From the NCBI GenBank assembly GCA_034428455.1, contig DAOUHZ010000147.1:75576-139575 (forward strand): a stretch of DNA of 64,000 nt, read 5' to 3'. Made by a program: the position numbers and the translations under genes. Positions within the stretch are counted from its first letter, which is position 1. The number at the start of each line of letters is the position of its first letter. This document shows positions 45,028-52,909 of the stretch, in pieces. Under the pieces are notes generated by a model. It made no database searches. It worked only from the letters and a program-made list of their open reading frames with translations, and was not told where the DNA came from. The stretch is from Dehalococcoidia bacterium (GTDB lineage Bacteria > Chloroflexota > Dehalococcoidia > Lucifugimonadales > UBA3495).

Positions 45028-48000
45028 TCGCACTTGTTCCACCCGCACGAATAGCAGCTCAGGCAGCCCTCCTGGTTAACCACGCCTCCATTGCACTCCG
45101 GGCATCGCTGGGAAAAGCCCGTCGGATACATTGGCGCTGGCGTATGACCGTTGATACCGTTCTCCGTGGGCCCCCCGGCCAGGCTCAATTGCACGCCGGC
45201 AGGCGCGCTGTTCAGCGCATCGCCGCCATTGGCGATCTTGTCCAGCACCAGGGCCACCGCGTCGGGGCCGGATCCCACCAGCACGCCATCGTCCCACGCC
45301 GGGCAGCACGTTATCCCACGCAATTGCCGGGTGACTTCGCTGGGATCGATGCCCCCACGCAGCGCCAGCGATACCAGCCGTGAAACTGCCTCCAGCAGCG
45401 CAGCATCGCATCCGCCGGCCTTGCCCATGGCGCCGAACACTTCAAAGGGCATCCCGTTGGAATCCATGTTCACGGTGACGTACATGTTGCCGTGTCCGGT
45501 CCGCACCCGTTCCGTGATGCCGTGGATCTGACGGGGTCGGCGCCGGGGCGCCCGGTGGCCGAGCCCGATGATCTTCACGGCGTCCGGGTCGTCAGCGTCA
45601 GCCGGATTATCGGCTTCGGATGTTTCTCCGCTAGTGCCGGTGCTCAACACCTGCTCAGACTTGCTGCCGTCGCGGTAAACGGTGATCCCTTTGCATCCCA
45701 GGGTGTAGGCGGACCGGTAGGCCTCCGCCACGTCTTCCACTGTCGCCTCGCTGGGGAAGTTGATGGTCTTGGACACCGCGTTGTCCGTGTATTCCTGGAA
45801 GGCCGCCTGCATCCGCACGTGCCACCGGGGATCGATGTCGTGGGACACCCGGAACACGCTCTTGACCCATTCCGGCACGTCCAGGTCCTCCAGCGAGCCG
45901 ACGCTGGCCAACTGCTCCATGAGTTCCGGCGTGTAAAACCCTTCGTGGCGAGCCACCGCTTCCAGGAAGGCGTTCCCCTCCACCAGGCGAGTGTTGTCCA
46001 TCACGTTCCGCACGTAGGACAGGGCGAACAGCGGCTCAATCCCGCTGGATGCCCCGGCGATGATGCTGATCGTTCCCGTTGGCGCAATGGTCACCGGCGC
46101 CGAGTTGCGCATGGGCGAGGAATCCGGGCCCTTGTTGTACGCGCTGTTTTCCCATTCCGGGAAGGGGCCCCGGGACTCGGCAAGTTCGCACGAAGCCCGG
46201 TAAGTCTCTTCCCGGATGAACTTCATCACCTCGCGGGCCAGTTCCAGGGCTTCCTCGCTGTCGTAGGGCACGCCTATCTGGATCAGCAGGTCCGACCATC
46301 CCATGACGCCCAGGCCGATACGGCGCGTCCGCCGGCTCATGTCCGCGATTTCCTGGATCGGATAGTCGTTCATGTCGATCACGCAGTCGAGCATGTGCAC
46401 CGCCGTCGTGATCACTTCGCTCATCCGTTCCCAGTCGACTTCAACGTCGTCCGCCGTGTAGCGAACCATGCGCGTCAGGTTCAGCGAACCCAGGTTGCAG
46501 GATTCGTAGGGCAGCAGCGGCTGCTCTCCGCAGTTGTGGACGTAGAACCCGTTTGCGTCGAACGCGTTTACCCCGGGAACCGCCACGTCGAACACGTCCT
46601 CGTGATTGTCGGCTTCTATCTCGGTGACGCGGGCCATGAAAGACCTATCGTTGTCTGGAGTTTGCGAAAGTTCAAGCCACCGCTCAAAGCCCTCCGGCTT
46701 GACGACGGCGTTGAATCTGTCGAAATGCTCGTTGGCAACTAGTAGCTCCGGGTAACCTTCCCCATACCAAATGCTGGACTTTATAGCCAGTCGCAGCAAC
46801 ATCCGTTGCAAACCCTGCAAGATCGTTTCATCTGCCTCGCGGGGAGCAATGTTGATGCACTTCGGGTTTTTACCAGTGTGCTCCTTGTGGCGAAGGGACA
46901 GCCCCCTGAAAAATCCGATGTAGAACTCCCCGGATGTGCGCTCCAGATCAGGAGTCACATCTGGACACTTCGGGTCGATTTTCAAACACTGTCTGATTTC
47001 GCCGAGAAGCGCCTGCTCTTGAGATGTGGGTTCTTGCGGATCCTTTTTGGCGCGACGCGTGTGAGGGTCGACAATTATGCGATGTGGGTTCTTCATAAAG
47101 AACCTTCCCATCAAGATGCCTTCCTCCTCACCGTATTGACCATGCCATTGAGCAGAGTCGCAATGGGAGTTCAGCCTGACGACATCGCCCTTTTGCAATT
47201 CACCAGCCCTTTGCCATCCTCGGTCAGTCATCACCGGATGGTCGGCGGTGAGGCGAAGGGTGTAGCCTTCTCGGGTGGCAATCTTGATTAAGGCCCGGTG
47301 GCCTGTAGGGAAGAATCCCCGTCCGTCGGTGTTGTGGCCCCGGCCGTCAACCATCGCCTCGAACGGGACACCCACCAGTTCCCTGACTTGACGCGGCCCA
47401 TCCGAGGTTTGCACCCAGGTGTCGGCCGTCACGCAAGGATTGGTCGATTCGATATCCCCCAGCTGCGGGTTGGGATTGTCGCGGTTGATGCGATCCAGGA
47501 ACACGATGCCGGGGTCGCCGGTGCGCCAGGCCAGCTCGGTCATCTGCCGAAACACTTCCCCGGCGTTCAGCTGCCCGTCAACCTGCCCGGTGCGCGGATT
47601 TATAAGATCGTAATCCTCTCCCTTTTCCGCCTTGACCATGAAGTCTTCCGTGACCGCCACCGAGATGTTGAAGTTGCTCAGATGGGTTCCGTCTTCTTTG
47701 GACCTGATGAACCGGAGCACGTCGGGGTGCGTCACGTGCAGGATGCCCATGTTGGCGCCCCGGCGGGTGCCGCCCTGCTTGACCACGTCGGTCGCCGCAT
47801 CGAAAGCGTTGATGAAGCTCACCGGGCCCGACGCCACTCCTCCGGTGGAACCGACGACGTCGCCCTCCGGGCGCAGGCGCGAAAAGGCAAAGCCCGTGCC
47901 GCCGCCGCTCTTATGGATCAGGGCCGTTTCCTTCACCTTGGTGAAGATGGAATCGAGCGAATCCTCCACCGGCAGCACGAAGCACGCCGACAGTTGTTGC

Positions 48001-48359
48001 AGTTCACGCCCGGCGTTCATCAAAGTTGGTGAGTTGGGGAGGAACTCCAGCCGGCGCATCACCCGGTAGAACCGCTCCTCCACCGCGGCGCGCTCCGCTT
48101 CGGTCGCCCCGTATTCCAGCTCCGATTGGGACAGGTTGTGCGCCACCCGGCGGAACATCCCTTCGGGGTCTTCCAGCACGTTCCCTTCCCGGTCCTTGGA
48201 AAGATACCGACGCTGCAGCACGACCCTCGCGTTATCCGTCAGGGTCCCGTTGCGATCGTTGTACTCGCCGGCTATGCCGGCCTCGACCATTGCGTCGCGT
48301 ATGCGCCGCCTCACCGAATCAGCCCTGCCTGCCGGTTCAATTCCCGTAGCCGTTGCCAC
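45024..48359 (-). CDS. nrdJ: adenosylcobalamin-dependent (class II) ribonucleotide reductase, intein-containing
   Basis: NSPTLMNAG, CFVLPVEDS, GGGTGFAFSRLRP and STNP|..intein..|CGEQPL are present, plus a C-terminal Cys-rich zinc ribbon (CPECNGG..CLSCYSCGW). GTG 48359 lies 8 nt after GGGAGG. The track ORF starts at TTG 48383. Confidence 0.9.
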   Translation of the reverse strand: MATATGIEPAGRADSVRRRIRDAMVEAGIAGEYNDRNGTLTDNARVVLQRRYLSKDREGNVLEDPEGMFRRVAHNLSQSELEYGATEAERAAVEERFYRVMRRLEFLPNSPTLMNAGRELQQLSACFVLPVEDSLDSIFTKVKETALIHKSGGGTGFAFSRLRPEGDVVGSTGGVASGPVSFINAFDAATDVVKQGGTRRGANMGILHVTHPDVLRFIRSKEDGTHLSNFNISVAVTEDFMVKAEKGEDYDLINPRTGQVDGQLNAGEVFRQMTELAWRTGDPGIVFLDRINRDNPNPQLGDIESTNPCVTADTWVQTSDGPRQVRELVGVPFEAMVDGRGHNTDGRGFFPTGHRALIKIATREGYTLRLTADHPVMTDRGWQRAGELQKGDVVRLNSHCDSAQWHGQYGEEEGILMGRFFMKNPHRIIVDPHTRRAKKDPQEPTSQEQALLGEIRQCLKIDPKCPDVTPDLERTSGEFYIGFFRGLSLRHKEHTGKNPKCINIAPREADETILQGLQRMLLRLAIKSSIWYGEGYPELLVANEHFDRFNAVVKPEGFERWLELSQTPDNDRSFMARVTEIEADNHEDVFDVAVPGVNAFDANGFYVHNCGEQPLLPYESCNLGSLNLTRMVRYTADDVEVDWERMSEVITTAVHMLDCVIDMNDYPIQEIADMSRRTRRIGLGVMGWSDLLIQIGVPYDSEEALELAREVMKFIREETYRASCELAESRGPFPEWENSAYNKGPDSSPMRNSAPVTIAPTGTISIIAGASSGIEPLFALSYVRNVMDNTRLVEGNAFLEAVARHEGFYTPELMEQLASVGSLEDLDVPEWVKSVFRVSHDIDPRWHVRMQAAFQEYTDNAVSKTINFPSEATVEDVAEAYRSAYTLGCKGITVYRDGSKSEQVLSTGTSGETSEADNPADADDPDAVKIIGLGHRAPRRRPRQIHGITERVRTGHGNMYVTVNMDSNGMPFEVFGAMGKAGGCDAALLEAVSRLVSLALRGGIDPSEVTRQLRGITCCPAWDDGVLVGSGPDAVALVLDKIANGGDALNSAPAGVQLSLAGGPTENGINGHTPAPMYPTGFSQRCPECNGGVVNQEGCLSCYSCGWNKCE
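46533..47435 (-). mobile_element. intein (301 codons) inserted in the NPCGE active-site motif of nrdJ
   Basis: It begins with Cys (CVTADTWV, block A), has block B TLRLTADHP, and ends ..DANGFYVHN followed by the +1 Cys of CGEQPL. The central part (about 46740-47100) is visibly low in GC and carries only degenerate LAGLIDADG-like strings (GILMGRFFMKN, FYIGFFRGLSL). Confidence 0.85.
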
Positions 48360-48502
48360 CGCAAGTACCTCCCGTAAATTCAACTATATTGATCAAACTT
48401 ATGATTAACAGATAAAGAACGACGATTTGCATGGGCGTACCGTGCACCGCTGTAGTCTAAACGATCAACCTTCTCGCGCGCCGGGGTCTATCGAATTGAT
48501 AC

Positions 48503-48532
48503 GGCGGGACGCCGGCGCGCCAACGCCCCGCC
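48503..48532 (-). terminator. hairpin downstream of the 190-aa unknown ORF (weak terminator candidate)
   Basis: On the minus-strand RNA, GGCGGGGCG pairs with CGUCCCGCC (one G-U), with a 12-nt GC loop, followed by GUAUCAAUU. The U-tract is poor. Confidence 0.3.
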
Positions 48533-48539
48533 TCAACGA

Positions 48540-49112
48540 TCAGATTGTTACGACCTCGCTCTGCCTGCTCACATCCTTGAGTCGTGCGGACAAGTCCAGA
48601 TCGAACCGCAATCCTTTGTAGAAGTACAGCACCGGCGTCTCTCGCTCCGGCCGCAGGTCTAATCCGACCAGCGCAGCCGTTGCGTCCTGCACGCGATGCC
48701 AGACTCCTTCCTCACCCGGGGTTCCCCTGGTGACCAGGCGCACCACCCCGGAAGTCATGCTGATTCCCAACCGGGTCAGCGTGTCCGCTATCAGGTCTGC
48801 GAAATCCCGCAGGGCTCCGTAGGCGTACTGGTGTCCGGCGGTCACGCGCAGCGTCAGTCCGGTGGGCGTGTTCCGACAGTTGGTCACCGGAAACGCGGAT
48901 CGCAGCCGTTGGGTAATCTCGGCCCCGGCCCCTTCAGGGCACGGGCCGCAGTGGATCTCTACGTTGTAATGCACCGAATGTTGCATTTCTTCAGGCTCCC
49001 AAGCGACAGGCTCATACTGGAGTTGAGTAGTCGGCATCCGACGCGGCGGAACAACGCCCGCCGCCGTCGGCCGTCCCAAACGGTGGACGCTTTTACGCGA
49101 TGAGGTCATCAT
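48540..49112 (-). CDS. hypothetical protein (190 aa)
   Basis: It is a long ORF on the same strand as nrdR and nrdJ, with codon third positions mostly G/C. No motif recognised. GGGAGG abuts the ATG-ATG start, and an alternative ATG is at 49037. Confidence 0.5.
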   Translation of the reverse strand: MMTSSRKSVHRLGRPTAAGVVPPRRMPTTQLQYEPVAWEPEEMQHSVHYNVEIHCGPCPEGAGAEITQRLRSAFPVTNCRNTPTGLTLRVTAGHQYAYGALRDFADLIADTLTRLGISMTSGVVRLVTRGTPGEEGVWHRVQDATAALVGLDLRPERETPVLYFYKGLRFDLDLSARLKDVSRQSEVVTI

Positions 49113-49365
49113 CCTCCCGCTGCGCCGGCAATGCCGCCCAGCAACTCACCAGGCACGCCCGGGCCTCTCGGTCCAGGTCATCCTGAAGCTCGGCAAAGGG
49201 GTTCGGAATCCACGAGTCGCCATTGTCCGCGTCGGCGGTTTCCCAGTCCGACGGGACCCACATCTTCCGCAGCATCTCCTCCATGTCGTGGACCCGGTTG
49301 TTGTGGGTCAACAGCCTTGTGAAGGCGGAGTATTGTACGGTGCTGCTCATGATGGTGTTGAACAC
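49093..49365 (-). CDS. hypothetical acidic small protein (about 85-90 aa)
   Basis: The ORF overlaps the next ORF by 20 nt. GGGAGG abuts GTG 49365, and an in-frame ATG is at 49350. No motif recognised. Confidence 0.4.
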   Translation of the reverse strand: MFNTIMSSTVQYSAFTRLLTHNNRVHDMEEMLRKMWVPSDWETADADNGDSWIPNPFAELQDDLDREARACLVSCWAALPAQREDDDLIA

Positions 49366-49534
49366 CTCCCTTTGGGTTTGGTATGGCGAGCAGGTGGCAA
49401 TTGCCCTTTTGGTTTGACCGGGACGCCCGGCGATGGTGGCGATGCCGGAGCGTCCTTGAGTCCATAAGTTGATACGCCTTGATGCGATCCACAGATCACG
49501 TCCTCGTTAACGCAAGGTCTGGCCCGTGGTTCGC

Positions 49535-50062
49535 CTATTGGCTGTCGCGCCGGGTGGTGCGGCGAGCCCGGGTCCTCCGGGTGGTAACCGCCGCCAGGCT
49601 CAGCAACGGTTCCGGGTGCCCCTGTTTTAGAGAGCGGGCTTGTTCTTCGAAGTCATCCGCTTTCTGGAAATCGTAGTAAACCGATGCGTAACGCATGTAC
49701 GCGACCTCGTCCAGCGCCCGCAGCCGTTCCAGGACCATCAGTCCCAGGTCGCGAGACTTGACCACGCCGCTGCCCAGGCGCTGGAGTTCCGTTTCAATGT
49801 CGTCCGCCAAGCGGTCGATATCCCGCCGGGGGATCGGCCTGCGGGTACACGCCATGTCTATTCCCGACACCAGCTTGGCCCGGCTGAATTCCTGGCGCCG
49901 CCCGTCGCGCTTTTCCACTTGCAGCGCTGGCAATCTGACCTGTTCGTGGGTGGTGAACCGACGCCCGCAGGAAAGGCACTCCCGCCGCCGCCGGATGCCG
50001 TTTTCAGCATCCCGCGAGTCGGTCACCTTGCTTTGCACCGTTTCGCAGTAAGGGCATTTCAT
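49535..50062 (-). CDS. nrdR: transcriptional repressor NrdR
   Basis: MKCPYCE....V.DSR.......RRRRECL.CGRRFTT.E zinc ribbon plus an ATP-cone (..ASVYYDF). Confidence 0.9.
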   Translation of the reverse strand: MKCPYCETVQSKVTDSRDAENGIRRRRECLSCGRRFTTHEQVRLPALQVEKRDGRRQEFSRAKLVSGIDMACTRRPIPRRDIDRLADDIETELQRLGSGVVKSRDLGLMVLERLRALDEVAYMRYASVYYDFQKADDFEEQARSLKQGHPEPLLSLAAVTTRRTRARRTTRRDSQ

Positions 50063-50105
50063 GGGATTGGCCCCTTTTGGTCACTTTTTCAGACAGTTTT
50101 TGAAA

Positions 50106-50121
50106 TCGGAATATGTTGTGT
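50106..50121. promoter_or_regulatory. candidate NrdR box 1
   Basis: The minus strand ACACAACATATTCCGA matches 12 of 16 positions of the NrdR-box palindrome as I recall it (acaCwAtATaTwGtgt). Confidence 0.45.
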
Positions 50122-50136
50122 TCACGAACCCACGAA

Positions 50137-50152
50137 CCACAATTTGTAGTAG
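50137..50152. promoter_or_regulatory. candidate NrdR box 2
   Basis: The minus strand CTACTACAAATTGTGG matches 11 of 16 positions. It starts 31 bp from box 1 (about three helical turns, the usual tandem spacing) and lies 5 nt downstream of the TATAAT. Confidence 0.4.
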
Positions 50153-50157
50153 TCAGG

Positions 50158-50163
50158 ATTATA
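50158..50163 (-). promoter_or_regulatory. -10 hexamer (perfect TATAAT) of the nrdR promoter
   Basis: Reverse-complementing 50158-50163 gives TATAAT, about 95 nt upstream of the nrdR ATG. The -35 is poor. Confidence 0.4.
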
Positions 50164-50249
50164 CCGACCCTGATTCCGGTTCGCACGGTGAAAGGCGTCA
50201 GAATTTCAGCTGGATTTTCAAGATTTTCGGCCCACCAAACGTGGCGGCA

Positions 50250-50286
50250 CAAAAATTGGCCCCCTCTCCCGGAAGAAGAGGGGGCC
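50250..50286 (-). terminator. intrinsic terminator of ftsZ
   Basis: A perfect 10-bp stem (GGCCCCCTCT / AGAGGGGGCC, 50258-50286) with a 9-nt loop is followed on the minus strand by AAUUUUUG. It lies 23 nt after the ftsZ stop. Confidence 0.7.
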
Positions 50287-50308
50287 GCAGAGGTCGGCTA
50301 GGGCCGGT

Positions 50309-51451
50309 CTAGCGATAAAATCCCCGGCGATTCTGGCGGTTTTGCAAGAACGTCGGGAGTTCGTAATCCCTTCTTTCCGGCACGTCCATCTCGTTCAGCA
50401 GCTTGGCGATGTCGTCTTCCGGGGTGTCTATCGCCGCCGGGAAGTCCGCTGCCACCATCGTCATCTTGACTTCATCGTCCAGCCGGGCATCCCGGTTGGT
50501 CCCGAAGATGATGTTGGCGTTGGGATCGGCCAACTCCTCGACCACTGCCGCCGCTTCCTGGACTTCCAGCAACGACAGGTTGTTGCCGCCGGTAAGGACG
50601 AACAGGATCCGCCGCGACCCTTCCAGGGAAATGTCCAGAAGTGGGCTCGTGGTGCATTGTCGGGCCGCTTCCCTGGCCCTTCCTTCACCCCGACCCCGGC
50701 CGATGGACAACCAGGCCTGTCCGGCCCCGGTGAGAATCGTCTTTACGTCGGCAAAGTCCACGTTGATCTCACCCGGAACGGTGACCACCTCGGCGATGGC
50801 GCTGATGCCCTGGTGCAGCACTGAGTCCGCCAGCTTGAGCGCGTCTTCCCACGAGTACGAGTCAGACTGTTCCTCGTTCAACGCCAGCAGGCGGTCGTTG
50901 GGAATTACGATCATGGTGTCGACATGGTCCTGCAGTCGTTCCAGGCCCTCCTCAGCGTTCTTGCGCCGCATCTGCGCCTCAAACCCGAAGGGCCGGCTCA
51001 CCACCGCGATGGTAAGAGCTCCCGATTCTTTCGCGATCTGCGCCACCACCGGAGCGGCTCCGGTGCCAGTGCCTCCTCCCATGCCCACCGCCAGGAACAC
51101 CATGTCCGCGCCGGCCACTGCCTGCTCGATTTCGGCGCGCGATTCTGTTGCCGCCTGGCGACCCAGCTCCGGCTGTGCGCCGGCGCCCAGTCCGCGCGTC
51201 AGGTTGCGGCCCAGAGCGATCCGGTAGTGAACGTCGCACCGGGCAAGATGCTGGGCGTCAGTGTTCAGCGCGTAGTATTCGACAACGGGCAGCTTCTCCT
51301 TATACATGCGGCTCACCGCGTTGGAGCCGCCGCCACCCACGCCAAGCACTTTTATCAGCGGAACCCCCCGTCCAATTTCGGGTATCAGGCCGTCGGGATC
51401 ATCAAAGTGCTCGGCTGGCTCCCACGATGCGGAGTTATCGGGAAATATCAT
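50309..51451 (-). CDS. ftsZ: cell division protein FtsZ
   Basis: IKVLGVGGGGSNAV, GMGGGTGTGAAPV (tubulin signature) and NVDFADV are present. ATG 51451 lies 10 nt after AGGAGG. The longer track ORF (to 51703) would overlap ftsA. Confidence 0.9.
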   Translation of the reverse strand: MIFPDNSASWEPAEHFDDPDGLIPEIGRGVPLIKVLGVGGGGSNAVSRMYKEKLPVVEYYALNTDAQHLARCDVHYRIALGRNLTRGLGAGAQPELGRQAATESRAEIEQAVAGADMVFLAVGMGGGTGTGAAPVVAQIAKESGALTIAVVSRPFGFEAQMRRKNAEEGLERLQDHVDTMIVIPNDRLLALNEEQSDSYSWEDALKLADSVLHQGISAIAEVVTVPGEINVDFADVKTILTGAGQAWLSIGRGRGEGRAREAARQCTTSPLLDISLEGSRRILFVLTGGNNLSLLEVQEAAAVVEELADPNANIIFGTNRDARLDDEVKMTMVAADFPAAIDTPEDDIAKLLNEMDVPERRDYELPTFLQNRQNRRGFYR

Positions 51452-51552
51452 CGTTCTATCGCCTCCTGTTATTGTTGCTGAATTTGGGTTTGGCCGGTTG
51501 TCAAACTGTTCCGGCGCGCTCGCCATGTGGCGTGTGCCCGGCGATGATTGAT

Positions 51553-52845
51553 CTATTCGTCCTCGGATTCGGGCTCGGCCGCGGCTCGCCGGGATCCAGA
51601 GCGAGCGAACGGTCGCCGGAGCAGCGAAGCCGGAGACCAGTTCCGGTCGCCGGACCCACGCAGCCGTTCCTGATCCGGCCGGTTGCGATGTTTCACCGCC
51701 CACTGCAGGGCGCCCAACACGGCGGAGAATTCCGGTTGTCGCAGCGATTCCGGCAATCCCGCGTACCAGAGCGGAATCCCCACGCGCACTTCGGTTCTCA
51801 AGCCGCGCGCGGCCATTTCCGTCAGGCCGGGCATGCGGGAAACCCCGCCCGTAAACACGATCCCGCCCGGCGGCATCGAGCCGATCTCCGCCCGGTAGAG
51901 CTCCGCGCTGATCAGCTTGAGCATCTGCAATGAACGCAAATAGAGCGGCTCACACAATTCGCGTCGCAATACCATACGCCTCGGCTGCACCTGGGTCGCC
52001 GGGATCAGCACCTCTTCGCTCGCTGGGACAGCGTCCGGCAGCGCGTGGCCGAACTGGATCTTCAAGTCCTCAGCCATTTGATAAGGGATCCGCATCGCTA
52101 CGGCCATATCACGCGTGAGCTGGTTGCCACCCATGGGAACCACAGAAGAGAAGATCGGCGTCCCCTCACGATAAATCGCCGTCTTGATCGTCCCGGCTCC
52201 GATGTCCACCACCACAACGCCCATTTCCCGCTCGTCGGCGGTAAGCACCCCCTCGGCCGACGCCAACGGGTGGGCTATCATCCCCTCGACTTTGGCGCGG
52301 CACGACTGTAGCGCGCGCACCGTGTTTCCCAACGGCACCGACATGCCGCGCACGATGTGGGCCTCCAACTGCAATTCGTTAGTATCCAGCCCGGTGGGGT
52401 TGCGCACCCCGGTCATACCGTCCAGCCGGTATCGCATGGGGATCATGTGCAGTGTCTGCTCGCTGCGGCTGTCCAGTTGCTGTTCCAGGCTCCCGGAAGT
52501 GCTGCTCATCAGAGAGCGCAGCCGCTGCTCGGTGATCGTCACCACCTCCTCACCTTTTCCCAACATCTCGGTCGAGTTGACGCTGACCAGGTGATCACCG
52601 TTCACCACCACGTGAAACCTGTCCACCGGATTGCGTCCCACGTAGCGCAGGCACTCAGCCATGCTTTCCTGGAGGCTGTTCTTCACCTCGCCGAAATCGT
52701 CGATGACGCCCTGCTGCACTCCGTTGGAAGGGGCCACGCCGGTGCCCAGCGGCTTCAACTCCCCCTCCGTCCCGAGTCGCGCGACGATTGAAATGATTTT
52801 GCTGGTGCCGATGTCAACGGCGGCGTATATCGATTCCTGTGGCAT
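51553..52845 (-). CDS. ftsA: cell division protein FtsA
   Basis: AVDIGTSKI, VVVDIGAGT and FTGGVSRMPGL are the actin-fold phosphate and adenosine motifs. The gene is positioned directly upstream of ftsZ. Confidence 0.9.
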   Translation of the reverse strand: MPQESIYAAVDIGTSKIISIVARLGTEGELKPLGTGVAPSNGVQQGVIDDFGEVKNSLQESMAECLRYVGRNPVDRFHVVVNGDHLVSVNSTEMLGKGEEVVTITEQRLRSLMSSTSGSLEQQLDSRSEQTLHMIPMRYRLDGMTGVRNPTGLDTNELQLEAHIVRGMSVPLGNTVRALQSCRAKVEGMIAHPLASAEGVLTADEREMGVVVVDIGAGTIKTAIYREGTPIFSSVVPMGGNQLTRDMAVAMRIPYQMAEDLKIQFGHALPDAVPASEEVLIPATQVQPRRMVLRRELCEPLYLRSLQMLKLISAELYRAEIGSMPPGGIVFTGGVSRMPGLTEMAARGLRTEVRVGIPLWYAGLPESLRQPEFSAVLGALQWAVKHRNRPDQERLRGSGDRNWSPASLLRRPFARSGSRRAAAEPESEDE

Positions 52846-52909
52846 TTTGGCGTTACCTCAGACGAATGTGGTTATGAAAGAGAAGTTATGATCGTTTGCG
52901 GGCGGCGGA

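Noticed and set aside
45492-46742. 416-aa plus-strand ORF (also 47298-48032, 244 aa)
   Set aside because: Both are antisense to nrdJ and are shadow ORFs.
48384-48540. Possible cobalamin riboswitch or NrdR boxes upstream of the B12-dependent nrdJ
   Set aside because: I see no B12-box-like or GCCACUG-type element, and the region is too short and AT-rich for the riboswitch fold. The best NrdR-like string (CAACTATATTGATCAA) matches only one half-site (8 of 16). A proper Infernal or PWM scan is still advisable.
51452-51703. Upstream extension of ftsZ (track ORF to 51703)
   Set aside because: It would overlap the ftsA 3' end by 150 nt and add an Arg/Pro-rich non-FtsZ sequence. ATG 51451 has an AGGAGG at proper spacing.
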